The notes beneath the pieces were generated by a model that was given only the letters and a program-made list of their open reading frames with translations, searched no databases and was not told the DNA's origin. A stretch of DNA of 64,000 nucleotides, from positions 84,582 to 148,581 of IMG/VR virus record IMGVR_UViG_3300032313_001465; one strand, given 5' to 3'. Made by a program: the position numbers and the translations under genes. Position 1 is the stretch's first letter; every line of letters begins with the position of its first letter. This DNA comes from a virus. Of this stretch, positions 11,283 to 21,505 are shown piece after piece.

Positions 11283-11606
11283 ATGAAAAAATCAGAATTA
11301 AGACAAATTATTAAAGAGGAAATTAGTAAGGTGTTGAGTGAGATACAAACACCAATAGCTAATAAAACAGACAAATTTTTATTATATAGAAAGCCATCAT
11401 CTTCCCCTAGTCCGGGTCATGGTGCATATCTATTTTCATCTGGAAATACCCTAGATGAGTTATTTGATAATTGGATATTAACTATGCAATCCGGAGGATA
11501 TGGGTATAAAGGTCAATATTTAGATAATGAGCGCAAACGATTTGATATTGAACAAGAAAAATATTGGTCATCTCCTAGTTCATTTTACACACTCAAAATA
11601 AAATAA
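11283..11606 (+). CDS. Hypothetical protein with MKKSELRQIIKEE leader
   Basis: ORF with shared leader. Confidence 0.6.
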   Translation: MKKSELRQIIKEEISKVLSEIQTPIANKTDKFLLYRKPSSSPSPGHGAYLFSSGNTLDELFDNWILTMQSGGYGYKGQYLDNERKRFDIEQEKYWSSPSSFYTLKIK

Positions 11607-11611
11607 ATATA

Positions 11612-12004
11612 ATGAAAAAATCAGAATTAAGACAACTTATTAAAGAAGAAGTTGAATCTATAGTAAATGAGACACGTACTAAAGATTTTGAAGTAAAAGA
11701 TGAAATTGGTAAATTTTTTGTAGTTACATCCCCATATAAAGATAGTACTAAAGAAGATATATTATTTGATTCTGATGTTTTTCATTTTGCAAATCAAGTT
11801 AAAGAAGGACTATCATTACATGATGTTATAGGATTATACAAAAACAAATCAGATGCCAATAGAATAGCAACTGAAGCCTTAAAAGAACGTGATACCCATT
11901 TAGATGAATTAAAATCATCAATGGAAGAATTCAGAAACCATAAAAAAGAAACAGAAGATAAAAAATCAAAAGCTAAGGAATTAATTCAAAAATTAAAAAA
12001 ATAA
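11612..12004 (+). CDS. Hypothetical protein with MKKSELRQLIKEE leader
   Basis: ORF with shared leader; C-terminal coiled coil. Confidence 0.6.
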   Translation: MKKSELRQLIKEEVESIVNETRTKDFEVKDEIGKFFVVTSPYKDSTKEDILFDSDVFHFANQVKEGLSLHDVIGLYKNKSDANRIATEALKERDTHLDELKSSMEEFRNHKKETEDKKSKAKELIQKLKK

Positions 12005-13056
12005 TGAATTCTTTAGTAGAATATTTAATTATGCCTATTATAGGAGAATCTACCTATAAACCGGGAGTAGTATTACTTCCAGGAGCATTCAAACCCCCAA
12101 CCGAAGGACATTTTAATTTAGTTAAGGAATTGGCTATGGATCCTAGAACAAAAGAACTAATAATTATTATATCCTCAGGTCAGAGAGAAAATATAGGTTC
12201 TGAAGAATCTGAAAAAATATGGAAAATATATCTTAAACATCTTCCAAGTAATGTTAAAGTAATGATATCTCCTGAAAGTTCTCCAGTTAAAGCAGCATAT
12301 AGTATTATAAAAGATAATCCCGATACTCATTATTTAGTAGCAGTAGGATATAGAAATGAAAAAGATAAAAAGGATATCGATAGAATCAAATCCTCAGAAA
12401 AATATCCAAATGCTGAAGGATTAGTATATAAAACAGATTCATCCACAAGAGCTATAGACGCCCGAAAAGAACTAGAGTCAAATAATCAAGAAGGATTTAA
12501 TGAATATTTACCATCTCAACTTACCCCATCTGAAAAAAATAAAGTGTGGAATATATTAACTAAACCCCCAATCCAAGAGTCGGATCGAAAAGGAATTAAA
12601 GCATTTTCCCGTGAAATTATAACAACCAATGAATCACAATCTAAAGATTTTTCATTTTCATTAGAGGGGGGTTGGCTTCTTAAAGATGGGTTATTATCTT
12701 TATCAAATTCCATGATTGAAAGTGGAATAAATATTAAGCCGCTTCCTAAAGTTATATTAATAGAAGATGATAAAAGCAATGCATCTAATATTTTAGGTAA
12801 AACCGCTTATTATGATCCACAGAATAAAACAATAGTGCTTTATACTTTAAATCGTCATCCTATTGATGTGATGAAGAGCTTTTGTCATGAAATGTGGCAT
12901 CATCATCAAAACCTAGAAGGTAGATTAAACAATATAAATACTACTAATACTAATGAAGATGATTATTTAAATGAAATAGAAAAAGAAACATACTTAAATA
13001 GTCAGATTATATATAGGAATTGGGCTGATAAAATGAGAAAATTAAATAATGATTAA
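12004..13056 (+). CDS. Cytidyltransferase-like nucleotidyltransferase fused to an HExxH metallopeptidase-like domain
   Basis: PGAFKPPTEGH (HIGH-like) at the N-terminus; AYYDP...HEMWH at the C-terminus. Confidence 0.6.
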   Translation: MNSLVEYLIMPIIGESTYKPGVVLLPGAFKPPTEGHFNLVKELAMDPRTKELIIIISSGQRENIGSEESEKIWKIYLKHLPSNVKVMISPESSPVKAAYSIIKDNPDTHYLVAVGYRNEKDKKDIDRIKSSEKYPNAEGLVYKTDSSTRAIDARKELESNNQEGFNEYLPSQLTPSEKNKVWNILTKPPIQESDRKGIKAFSREIITTNESQSKDFSFSLEGGWLLKDGLLSLSNSMIESGINIKPLPKVILIEDDKSNASNILGKTAYYDPQNKTIVLYTLNRHPIDVMKSFCHEMWHHHQNLEGRLNNINTTNTNEDDYLNEIEKETYLNSQIIYRNWADKMRKLNND

Positions 13057-13567
13057 ATTGAAAGACATATTCGAAAACGAAGTAATAGATCAGGTATTTC
13101 AAATATATTGTGATCTTGATGGGGTGTTAGCAGATTTTGATAAACGATTCGAATATTTTGCAGGGATGTCTCCTTCTGAATATGAAAAAGCATTCGGAAC
13201 TAAAAAGTTTTGGGAACTGATAGACGAAAAAGTAGGTGTAAAATTTTGGACAGGAATACCGTGGATGTCGGATGGTAAAACACTTTGGGAATTTCTTCAA
13301 CCACACAATCCTATACTTTTATCCGCTCCCTCTAGAAATGAATCAAGTAAAATGGGTAAAAGAATTTGGGTTAAACGAAACATGCCTGGAACTAAACTTA
13401 TTTTAGCAAGTAGAAGTAATAAACAAAACTATTCTGATAAGTCTAACATACTTATCGACGATAGATTAGACACAATTGAAGAATGGAGAGCAAGAGGAGG
13501 AATAGGGATCCATCATACTTCAGCCGCATCAACAATAGCACAATTAAAAAAATTAGGATTTAAATAA
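13049..13567 (+). CDS. HAD-family 5'(3')-nucleotidase with MIKL leader
   Basis: DLDGVLADF, ILLSAP, ILIDDR, WRARGGIGI motifs. Confidence 0.8.
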   Translation: MIKLKDIFENEVIDQVFQIYCDLDGVLADFDKRFEYFAGMSPSEYEKAFGTKKFWELIDEKVGVKFWTGIPWMSDGKTLWEFLQPHNPILLSAPSRNESSKMGKRIWVKRNMPGTKLILASRSNKQNYSDKSNILIDDRLDTIEEWRARGGIGIHHTSAASTIAQLKKLGFK

Positions 13568-13573
13568 ATAAAT

Positions 13574-13969
13574 ATGAATATAAGATTAGTAGGTGATACC
13601 AAAGAAGATTTACAAGCCATTGTTAAAGACATTAAAGATTACTTTAAAAATGTTAACAAAGATTTTACAAGTAAATTTACAACCGAAAAACGTAAATTTG
13701 CAGAAGATGGAAAAATTGTTGAAAAATCAATAGATTTTATTACCGCTAAAGATAATGTTAATGGTAAAGAAACAACCATAAAACTTATTCCTATGTTAAA
13801 CCCAACTGAAATGAAAATTGAATTGGGAAATGAAGGAGAATCTGTTATTAAAGGTAAAATCAAAAATCAACTTAAGGGTCGTGGTAAGATTAAATCGTAT
13901 ACTAAGGATGCTAAAAAACCAATGAATGAAACACATTTATTGACTATAATCAAATCTATAATGAAATAA
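13574..13969 (+). CDS. Hypothetical protein
   Basis: 131-aa ORF in the operon. Confidence 0.55.
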   Translation: MNIRLVGDTKEDLQAIVKDIKDYFKNVNKDFTSKFTTEKRKFAEDGKIVEKSIDFITAKDNVNGKETTIKLIPMLNPTEMKIELGNEGESVIKGKIKNQLKGRGKIKSYTKDAKKPMNETHLLTIIKSIMK

Positions 13970-14541
13970 TGAGTGAAAATGTTTTAAAAAAGGAATTTAA
14001 TCCTAAAGATGTAAGTAGATTACGAAACCTTATCCAAGGTAAATATGGAGATAACACAATCACAGGAGTAGGTTATGCTAAGCCATTTATTTATAGAGAA
14101 GAAAATGATGTGTGGGAAGAAGATGGTAGAAGATGGACTATAAAAAACGGAATTAAACAAAATGTTACTAAATTAGACGAGGCTAAAAAAACACATCTTT
14201 TACCTTTATTATGTCCTTCTTGTAAATCACCAATGTCACCTCATAGAGATAGATCATTTTATAATATTCATAAGATGTGTTTAAATTGTGTTTCTGTAAT
14301 GGAAACTAAAATACGTCGTGAAGGAAAGTGGGAAGAATACGAAAGAAATATCCACAACAATGAAATAGATAATCTTATAAGAGAATTTAAGTTATGGGTA
14401 GAAGATGATTCAAAAGATAAAAACCAATCATATATCACGGAAGCTGGTGATCTTGAGAAATGGGTTGGGGGTTCTAGTACTGAACAAAAAGAACAACAAA
14501 TTCAAGAAACCCTCAAATATTTAGAAAATTTAAAGAAATGA
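13969..14541 (+). CDS. Hypothetical protein with a CxxC...CxxC zinc finger
   Basis: CPSC...CLNC. Confidence 0.55.
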   Translation: MSENVLKKEFNPKDVSRLRNLIQGKYGDNTITGVGYAKPFIYREENDVWEEDGRRWTIKNGIKQNVTKLDEAKKTHLLPLLCPSCKSPMSPHRDRSFYNIHKMCLNCVSVMETKIRREGKWEEYERNIHNNEIDNLIREFKLWVEDDSKDKNQSYITEAGDLEKWVGGSSTEQKEQQIQETLKYLENLKK

Positions 14542-15161
14542 ACATAACTTCTATTACATTATTATCTTCAATTTTAGTAGCACTAATTACTTCAGTATTA
14601 GGTCCCGTATTATTAGTATGGGTTCGAAGTAAATTTGATAATACTAAGAAAATCGATACATTAGGTGAAGCGTTTAAAGTCAATGAAGAAGTAGACCATC
14701 AATTAGATATTATGATGGACAAACTAAAATGTGATAGAATATGGATAGCTCAATTTCATAATGGAGGGCATTTTTACCCTACAGGAAAATCTATTCAAAA
14801 ATTCTCTATTTTCTACGAAAAAATATCACCACTAATAGTTCCAGTTAGAAACATATTCCAAAATATCCCGACCTCATTATTTCCTAAAACATTAGTTAAA
14901 CTACACAATGATGGGGAACTCATAATTCATGATAATGAAATAAGTAATTATCAAGATATATCCTATTTATTTGATAATTGTAAAGCTAAATCATTATATA
15001 TGATAGCCATAGAAGACTTAGAAGGACATTTTATAGGAATGATTTCAGTATCATATGAAAATAGTAAACATGTTCTGAATCAAGAAGAATGGATATTCTT
15101 ACGTCAAAAAATAGGAGCAATTGGAAGTATATTAACTAATTATTTAAACCCACAAAAATAA
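14538..15161 (+). CDS. Membrane protein with a GAF-like domain (holin T-like candidate)
   Basis: One N-terminal transmembrane helix followed by a GAF-like alpha/beta pattern (CDRIWIAQFHNG...IGMISVSY). Confidence 0.45.
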   Translation: MNITSITLLSSILVALITSVLGPVLLVWVRSKFDNTKKIDTLGEAFKVNEEVDHQLDIMMDKLKCDRIWIAQFHNGGHFYPTGKSIQKFSIFYEKISPLIVPVRNIFQNIPTSLFPKTLVKLHNDGELIIHDNEISNYQDISYLFDNCKAKSLYMIAIEDLEGHFIGMISVSYENSKHVLNQEEWIFLRQKIGAIGSILTNYLNPQK

Positions 15162-15168
15162 AACAAAA

Positions 15169-15366
15169 ATGGATAATTTTAGCGTAACTAAATGGAATAG
15201 AGAAAGATATATTGATGAAAACAAAGATGTTAAATCAACTAAAAAAATACAAGAAGCATATAATTCATTAATTTCTATGATTGAGAAAAAATCAAAACAA
15301 TTAAATGATGATGAATTATATGAATTACATGAAAAAATGAAATCGTTTTTTACAAAATCAATTTAA
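15169..15366 (+). CDS. Small hypothetical protein
   Basis: ORF with A-rich leader. Confidence 0.5.
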   Translation: MDNFSVTKWNRERYIDENKDVKSTKKIQEAYNSLISMIEKKSKQLNDDELYELHEKMKSFFTKSI

Positions 15367-15408
15367 CTTTTATACTATTTTACATATTTATTAATAAACA
15401 ATAACATA

Positions 15409-15936
15409 ATGAACAACGAATTTGATTTCAAAGGGTATTTAAAAAATAACCCACTATTAAAAGAAACTAATATTAATATCAATATTAACGAATCTAAACT
15501 TAGAGAAAGAGTAAAAGCCGAAATTTTATCTGCATTAAAAGAAAATGATGCATATGAAGGAATTGGGGAATTTGATAGTAATAAATCCGCTCGTATTAAA
15601 GAATTTATTATAGCACTTAATAGGCTTGTAGATGAATATCACGCAGAATTATACTTAAATGATAGTGTATTTGATGCTATTTCAATGGTGATAAAATATG
15701 CTCAAGAAGAAGCAATGAATATGAATGAAGCTGAAGAAAAAGACCAACCAGAAGAAGAAGAAACTCCAGAAGTAGCAGACGTAGAACCTGAAATTACGGG
15801 TGATGAAAAAATAGTACAAGACGCTTTAACAAAGGCATATGAAACTGCTAGTAAAATGGGTGATAAAAAATTATTAGACCAAATAGGAAACACTATTACA
15901 TTTTTTACCCGTACTCACATTGTAAGTAACAAATAA
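15409..15936 (+). CDS. Acidic hypothetical protein with several LxE sites
   Basis: LKE, INE, LKE, MNE sites; ATATTTAT at 15384. Confidence 0.55.
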   Translation: MNNEFDFKGYLKNNPLLKETNINININESKLRERVKAEILSALKENDAYEGIGEFDSNKSARIKEFIIALNRLVDEYHAELYLNDSVFDAISMVIKYAQEEAMNMNEAEEKDQPEEEETPEVADVEPEITGDEKIVQDALTKAYETASKMGDKKLLDQIGNTITFFTRTHIVSNK

Positions 15937-15964
15937 AATTTTTATAAACCAAAACCAATCATTT

Positions 15965-16141
15965 ATGAACACACAGGACTTAATTACCAGAATGCAAGAA
16001 GTATTTGAAACTCTAATTCATGAGGGCTCAAGTAAATTCAAATCAGGAAAAGCTAAAGCTAGAAAAGCAGCAAGTGAATTAAAAAAATTAGCAGGTGAAT
16101 ACAAAAGAGCATCTTTAGAAGAAAGCAAAACCACAATCTAA
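15965..16141 (+). CDS. Histone H1-like (Hc1-type) small basic protein, 58 aa, absent from the ORF track
   Basis: Manual translation: [58 protein letters not shown]. Confidence 0.6.
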   Translation: MNTQDLITRMQEVFETLIHEGSSKFKSGKAKARKAASELKKLAGEYKRASLEESKTTI

Positions 16142-17769
16142 TGACCCAAACATCAGGCCTCATCGTAAAAGGTGTAAATCCTATAGATAATCATGAAATA
16201 AGTAATGTTGTCCAAAGTGGTACATTTTACGGTGAGTGGTTTCCTGATAAAAATTATTGGTTTTTTCCTTTTGATGAGCAAAATTATGCATCATTAAGAG
16301 ATGATTTAGAACAAAAATTTATTGATACTGGAATTCATGCAGTATATACTGAAGTTAATGTTGATGTAGAATTAAACGAGTCTCTATCTAAAAAAGTAAT
16401 GGATGCTAGAGAGAAAATTCTTAAAAACATGAAATCAAATAAAAGAGAATTAGTAAAGCGATATGGTGCTGATGCTGAAAAAGTTATGTATGGTAGAGCA
16501 ACAAATTTAGCAAAAAAACAAATAAATAAAATGAATACAGAAAAATTAAGAGAACTTATAAAAAGTAAACTTCTAGAAGCTCCTAAAAAAGATCTAAATA
16601 ACGACGGAGAAATAAACTCAAAAGACTATTTAATGGCTCGTGATAAAGCTATTAAGGCAAATATGGGTACAAACGAAGCTGAAGAAGGTGATTATGTTTC
16701 TGATTTTATTAAAGCATTAGAAGATGTTAAAAGTGTTTTTTTATCTAAAGCCAAAAATAACAAAATAAAAGGCCCAATTTTAAAAGCATTTAATGAATTT
16801 ATTGACGAAATTGATAGACTTGCCCCTCAAAAATTAAAAGAAGACGAAAATGAATATCCAGAATTAACTGAAGCATATGTTCCAGATAATATTAAAGAAT
16901 TTTCCAAGAGAAAGGGTATTACTTCTTTAGTTAATAAAGCAGCAGGATGGGCTGAAAAAATAGGCAAAAGAATTACTGGAGGTACTGCTATTGGTAAAAA
17001 CTATGGTACATTAGTATTAGATATGGGTTATCAAAAGGGAGAAATTAGAATTAATATTGAAGATGAAATAATTGAATTATATGGTGAAGAAGTTAATAGC
17101 TTTCCTGAATTCAAACAAGTATATATGGATGAAAACGATAGTAAAGAATCGGAATCATTAAATGAAGATGATTATTTACAATCAGATGACGAATCAGATA
17201 TGGCTAAGTCGCAATTAATATCAATTCAATCTAGCGTTTCTAAATTAATGAATATGATTAAAGATAATGATCAACTAGACGCTTGGGTACAAGCTAAATT
17301 AACTAAAGCAGAAGATTATCTTGATTCAGTATCAGGATATTTAGAGGGTGAAAGTAGTTTAACTGAAAATGAAAAAGGATGGGATGTTAAAAAAGATACT
17401 CCAGAAATTAAAGCGTTAATGGTTACTGCAGATGATACATCAAAAACCCCATCAGAAAGAGATAAAGCAAGACAAAAAGCATACGATTTACGTAATAAAA
17501 TGTCTAAAGGTAAAATGGAAGAGAATGTAAGCTTAAGAAAAAATGATATTGTTATTTATAAAGGTAAAAAATTTAAAATAGGCATGATTGAAAATACTGG
17601 TGATTTTGATTTAGTTTATCTAAATACTATGGATGGTCAACCTGCCGAAGGTCCTAATGGAGGTTATTTAAGAGTACACGCTGATGGGTTACAAAAACAA
17701 TTGAAAGAGAATGATTTTGCTAAAACATTAGCTGAAAAATTAGCTAAACAAATTAAAGGAAATGACTAA
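16141..17769 (+). CDS. Modular putative head-internal polyprotein
   Basis: About 9 [LMT]xE-delimited segments, including EF-hand-like [12 protein letters not shown]. Confidence 0.5.
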   Translation: MTQTSGLIVKGVNPIDNHEISNVVQSGTFYGEWFPDKNYWFFPFDEQNYASLRDDLEQKFIDTGIHAVYTEVNVDVELNESLSKKVMDAREKILKNMKSNKRELVKRYGADAEKVMYGRATNLAKKQINKMNTEKLRELIKSKLLEAPKKDLNNDGEINSKDYLMARDKAIKANMGTNEAEEGDYVSDFIKALEDVKSVFLSKAKNNKIKGPILKAFNEFIDEIDRLAPQKLKEDENEYPELTEAYVPDNIKEFSKRKGITSLVNKAAGWAEKIGKRITGGTAIGKNYGTLVLDMGYQKGEIRINIEDEIIELYGEEVNSFPEFKQVYMDENDSKESESLNEDDYLQSDDESDMAKSQLISIQSSVSKLMNMIKDNDQLDAWVQAKLTKAEDYLDSVSGYLEGESSLTENEKGWDVKKDTPEIKALMVTADDTSKTPSERDKARQKAYDLRNKMSKGKMEENVSLRKNDIVIYKGKKFKIGMIENTGDFDLVYLNTMDGQPAEGPNGGYLRVHADGLQKQLKENDFAKTLAEKLAKQIKGND

Positions 17770-18199
17770 AACTGATCTTCGAAATTTAATTAGAAGTATA
17801 GCTCAACCTATTCTAAAGACTCCACCATCTACAGAAATACCAAATGTAGAATATGAGGAATTAGAAAAATTTCCTGAATTAAAAAAAACAATCGTCGATT
17901 TACTTACTCAAGACTATGCTCGTTTTTTAGATGGAATTGATTGGGTTGCTCCTCGCCCTACTACATTTAGAGTAAATTTATTAAATGGTCAAAATTTTTA
18001 TTTAATTTATGGAAAACGTAGCTGGATAGCTCAAGTTGAAGGTAAAAAATATTATCTTCTAAATTTAAACGAAGAAGAATCAGCATGCCAAGCAATTGCA
18101 AGGATATTAAGGTTTGGTGCTAAAAATGAACCAGTAGCAGAAGGAGAAGAAGAACCACCAAAAGAAGAAAAACCACCAAAAGAAGAAACCCCCGAATAA
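17762..18199 (+). CDS. Hypothetical protein
   Basis: Leader [11 protein letters not shown]; Pro/Glu-rich tail. Confidence 0.55.
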   Translation: MTKTDLRNLIRSIAQPILKTPPSTEIPNVEYEELEKFPELKKTIVDLLTQDYARFLDGIDWVAPRPTTFRVNLLNGQNFYLIYGKRSWIAQVEGKKYYLLNLNEEESACQAIARILRFGAKNEPVAEGEEEPPKEEKPPKEETPE

Positions 18200-18202
18200 A
18201 AT

Positions 18203-19414
18203 ATGGACGTATTTGATAAATTTTTTAAAAGATATTCATATAAATTTCCAAAAGGATATCCTGACATGAAAAATGAGCAGGATGTTTTACTATTAGAGAA
18301 TATACTTTATAATTTACTAGAAGAAAGAATTGTACTTAATGAGGCTTCTGCTAATAAATTTGCTAAAAATACATTATTATCTAAGAATCCTAAAGTATTT
18401 AGTGATACTGCTACTAATGATAGAATAGCAAATAAAGCTAACATATCAAATGATGAATTTGTTAAGCTAATTAAAAATACTTTTAAAGTAAAAAACGTTA
18501 AAGTTACACCTCCTAAACAAAAACCAAACCCTTCAAGTAAGTTTTCACTTTTCTCATTTGATACAAGTGAAGGTCCTGCTAATATTATTTTAGCGCTTCC
18601 TGCTACAGCAAATAAAGGAGTTGATTTTGAAAAAGGATTAACAAAAAGTCTACAAGATTATGCGGGTTATCCATTAGATGAAATTGATAATGAAATAGTA
18701 AAAAAAATATATAAAGATCTAAAAATAAACCCCGAATTATTATCTCCTGAAGACATAATAAATGCAGGAGAAACTGATACTAAACGTCCTATTAGTTTTA
18801 ATGGACCTCAATCTAGAGGAAAACAAATTGCTGATATTGTAATCACATATCAAAATAAACCATATTATTTATCCATTAAAGATCCTAAAGGCTCAGGAAT
18901 ATATAATGGTGGAACTTTAAAATCCATTAAATATAATAAGGATGAAACCAAAGTTATATTTGATGAAGGTGAATATAATTCTGATAAATTTAAAAAAGAA
19001 GTATTGGATGCATTTGGTGTTAATCCTAAAAGAATAGTAAAAGGCCTGAATGAATATTTAAACACTCAAGCTGGAATTAAATCAGGTAAACCTACCAATT
19101 TCGAAAGCACAAATGCTGATTTAGATAAAATATCAAAGTTCTTAGGCTCAGCACTAGATTATGGATATTATTATATAAGAAAAATTAATGATAATGACGT
19201 AAAAATATACAATATAAATTCAGCTAAAACAGCAAATCAATTAATGGGTACTCCAACAAGTGTTGAGGTAAAATATCCAGGTCCTACCACAAAAATAACA
19301 GCAGTAAAAGTAAACTTATCAGATTCAATATTTGGATTGAAAAATGCTACTCTAAACATTAGAAATGATCATGGTGGAGTAACAACCCCCGCTTTTAAAG
19401 TAACTATTAATTAA
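18203..19414 (+). CDS. Putative PD-(D/E)xK restriction-like nuclease with an N-terminal leader
   Basis: GVDFE...IADIVI...YLSIK catalytic-like pattern; leader ends at VLNE. Confidence 0.4.
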   Translation: MDVFDKFFKRYSYKFPKGYPDMKNEQDVLLLENILYNLLEERIVLNEASANKFAKNTLLSKNPKVFSDTATNDRIANKANISNDEFVKLIKNTFKVKNVKVTPPKQKPNPSSKFSLFSFDTSEGPANIILALPATANKGVDFEKGLTKSLQDYAGYPLDEIDNEIVKKIYKDLKINPELLSPEDIINAGETDTKRPISFNGPQSRGKQIADIVITYQNKPYYLSIKDPKGSGIYNGGTLKSIKYNKDETKVIFDEGEYNSDKFKKEVLDAFGVNPKRIVKGLNEYLNTQAGIKSGKPTNFESTNADLDKISKFLGSALDYGYYYIRKINDNDVKIYNINSAKTANQLMGTPTSVEVKYPGPTTKITAVKVNLSDSIFGLKNATLNIRNDHGGVTTPAFKVTIN

Positions 19415-19419
19415 ATAAG

Positions 19420-20232
19420 ATGAACAATAGACTCACTCGACTAATTAAAGAAGTATTATCATCCCCACCTAAAAAAGATTGTGGATGTGGTTGTCATGGA
19501 AAATGTACCAAATCCCCTACATTAAACGAAAATTTAGGAGTTAAAGTAATTATGACTGAAAATATGAAGTATCATATTGATAACAAAAAACCACTAATCG
19601 AAAATACATTCCGCTATGGTTCAAAAGCATTTTTAGATTTATGGGCTGAAGCTAGATACTTATATTCACGTGATGCTATTGATTTAAGTGAATCTGATAA
19701 ACAAATTATTTTAGAAACACATTTAGGAGAACGTGGTTTATTTAATGGTGAATTAGTTCCATTAGATTTACCTATGGAAGAATTAGACGAAAATACAGAT
19801 GATGTAGTGGCAGTATTGAATAATCCTAACATAGCTGACGACGTAAAGTCAATGTTATTCAACGCATATAAAAACGGACAATTAACATCTACCCAAGTAA
19901 TCAATATAATTAAAAAAACCGTTAAAGAGCATTTAAACGAAGCAGAATTTAAAGGTAAAGAAGTACAATTAGGTAAACCTAAACGTGGCGGTTCTAAAAA
20001 ATTCTTTGTATATGTAAAAGATCCTAAAACCAAGAAAGTTAAAAAAGTATCATTTGGAGATACAACTGGATTGTCAACTAAAATAAATAACCCCAAAGCA
20101 AGACAAGCTTTTGCCGCTCGTCATAAGTGTGGTACTGGGGAACCTAAAACAAGTGCTAAATATTGGTCATGTCGTTTACCTCGTTACAGCAAGCTTTTAG
20201 GATTAAAGAATTCATTTTCAGGATTTTGGTAG
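19420..20232 (+). CDS. Modular hypothetical protein
   Basis: CGCGC segment; basic C-terminal module after LNE (AEFKGKEVQLGKPKR...ARHKC...YWSC). Confidence 0.55.
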   Translation: MNNRLTRLIKEVLSSPPKKDCGCGCHGKCTKSPTLNENLGVKVIMTENMKYHIDNKKPLIENTFRYGSKAFLDLWAEARYLYSRDAIDLSESDKQIILETHLGERGLFNGELVPLDLPMEELDENTDDVVAVLNNPNIADDVKSMLFNAYKNGQLTSTQVINIIKKTVKEHLNEAEFKGKEVQLGKPKRGGSKKFFVYVKDPKTKKVKKVSFGDTTGLSTKINNPKARQAFAARHKCGTGEPKTSAKYWSCRLPRYSKLLGLKNSFSGFW

Positions 20233-20289
20233 ACTCATATATTCCAGTAAACTGCCTTAATCCTGTCATATGTATGATAAATACATAAT

Positions 20290-21075
20290 ATGACAAAAAT
20301 ATATTATTTACATAGAGGAAACAACATTCCATTTTATATTGGGAAAACTATAAATGAAAAGGATAGAAAACACCAACATAAAAACAAGTTAGGGAAAGAT
20401 GTAACTTTAGAAATTATAGATGAAATTCCCACAAAGGAATGGAGATATTGGGAAGAATTTTATATTTCACTTTTTAAACATTGGGGATTTAAATTAGAAA
20501 ATAAAAATAATGGTGGTTGTGGTAGTATAGGAGGTTATAAAAACCCCTTAACCTCAGAAGCCCATAAAGGGAGAATTAGCCCAAATAAAAATAAAGGGAA
20601 AAAAATAATCCAATATGACTTAACAGGAAAATTTATTAATGAATGGGATAACATAAATGAGGCCATACTCACCTTAAATCTTACAATAACTAATGAAAGT
20701 ATTCGTCAATGTTTAATTGGTAAAAGTAAAAAATCAGCTAATTTTATCTGGAGAAATTTAACCCAAGATTACCCAATCCATTTATCTAGTAACGAAGTAG
20801 AATATATATTAAAAAAAACAAATGGTCCTAAAGGTCAAAAACTTAATACCGGAGAAAAAATCAGCCAATCTTTAAAAGGAAAACGAAAATCCCCTCAATT
20901 CATAAAAAATATAAGTAAACCTGTAGCTCAATATGATAAACAAGGAAACTATCTTACACAATATAAAAGTATCACAGAAGCCGCTTTGGCTGTTAATGGA
21001 TGGAACGAAAACATATGTCAGTGTTGTAAAGGAAACAAAAAATCATCAGCTGGATATTTTTGGCAATATTTATAA
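20290..21075 (+). CDS. GIY-YIG homing endonuclease with two NUMOD1/IENR1-type DNA-binding repeats
   Basis: KIYYL...FYIGKT; IIQYDLTGKFINEW and VAQYDKQGNYLTQYKSITEAA...SSAGYFW. Confidence 0.8.
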   Translation: MTKIYYLHRGNNIPFYIGKTINEKDRKHQHKNKLGKDVTLEIIDEIPTKEWRYWEEFYISLFKHWGFKLENKNNGGCGSIGGYKNPLTSEAHKGRISPNKNKGKKIIQYDLTGKFINEWDNINEAILTLNLTITNESIRQCLIGKSKKSANFIWRNLTQDYPIHLSSNEVEYILKKTNGPKGQKLNTGEKISQSLKGKRKSPQFIKNISKPVAQYDKQGNYLTQYKSITEAALAVNGWNENICQCCKGNKKSSAGYFWQYL

Positions 21076-21078
21076 TAA

Positions 21079-21495
21079 ATGATAAAACTTTTAGATCTTT
21101 TACGCGAAGAAAAGCTTGATATCCTTAAACCTAGACGCTCTGAGGAAGAACGCCAAGCTAACTTTCTCATTGCAACCAATAAAAAAATTGAACAATACAT
21201 AAAGGATGGAGGCAAAGGTGATCTTAATCTACAAAATACCCCAATTACTACATTACCAAATGATTTAACAGTTGGAGGTAATCTTTATTTAGATGGTAGT
21301 AAAATTACTACATTACCAAATGGTCTAAAGGTTGGTGGTTATCTTGATTTAGATAATACTAAAATTTCCACATTACCAAATGATCTAAAAGTTGGTAGTG
21401 ATCTTGATTTAAGAAATACTCCAATAAGTGAAAAATATTCCGAAGAAGAAATTAAAAAAATGGTTCCCGGAGTAAAAGGCGATATTTATACATAA
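21079..21495 (+). CDS. Leucine-rich-repeat-like protein, paralog of 10735
   Basis: Near-identical N- and C-termini; 40 aa (two repeats) shorter. Confidence 0.75.
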   Translation: MIKLLDLLREEKLDILKPRRSEEERQANFLIATNKKIEQYIKDGGKGDLNLQNTPITTLPNDLTVGGNLYLDGSKITTLPNGLKVGGYLDLDNTKISTLPNDLKVGSDLDLRNTPISEKYSEEEIKKMVPGVKGDIYT

Positions 21496-21505
21496 ACATA
21501 AAATA

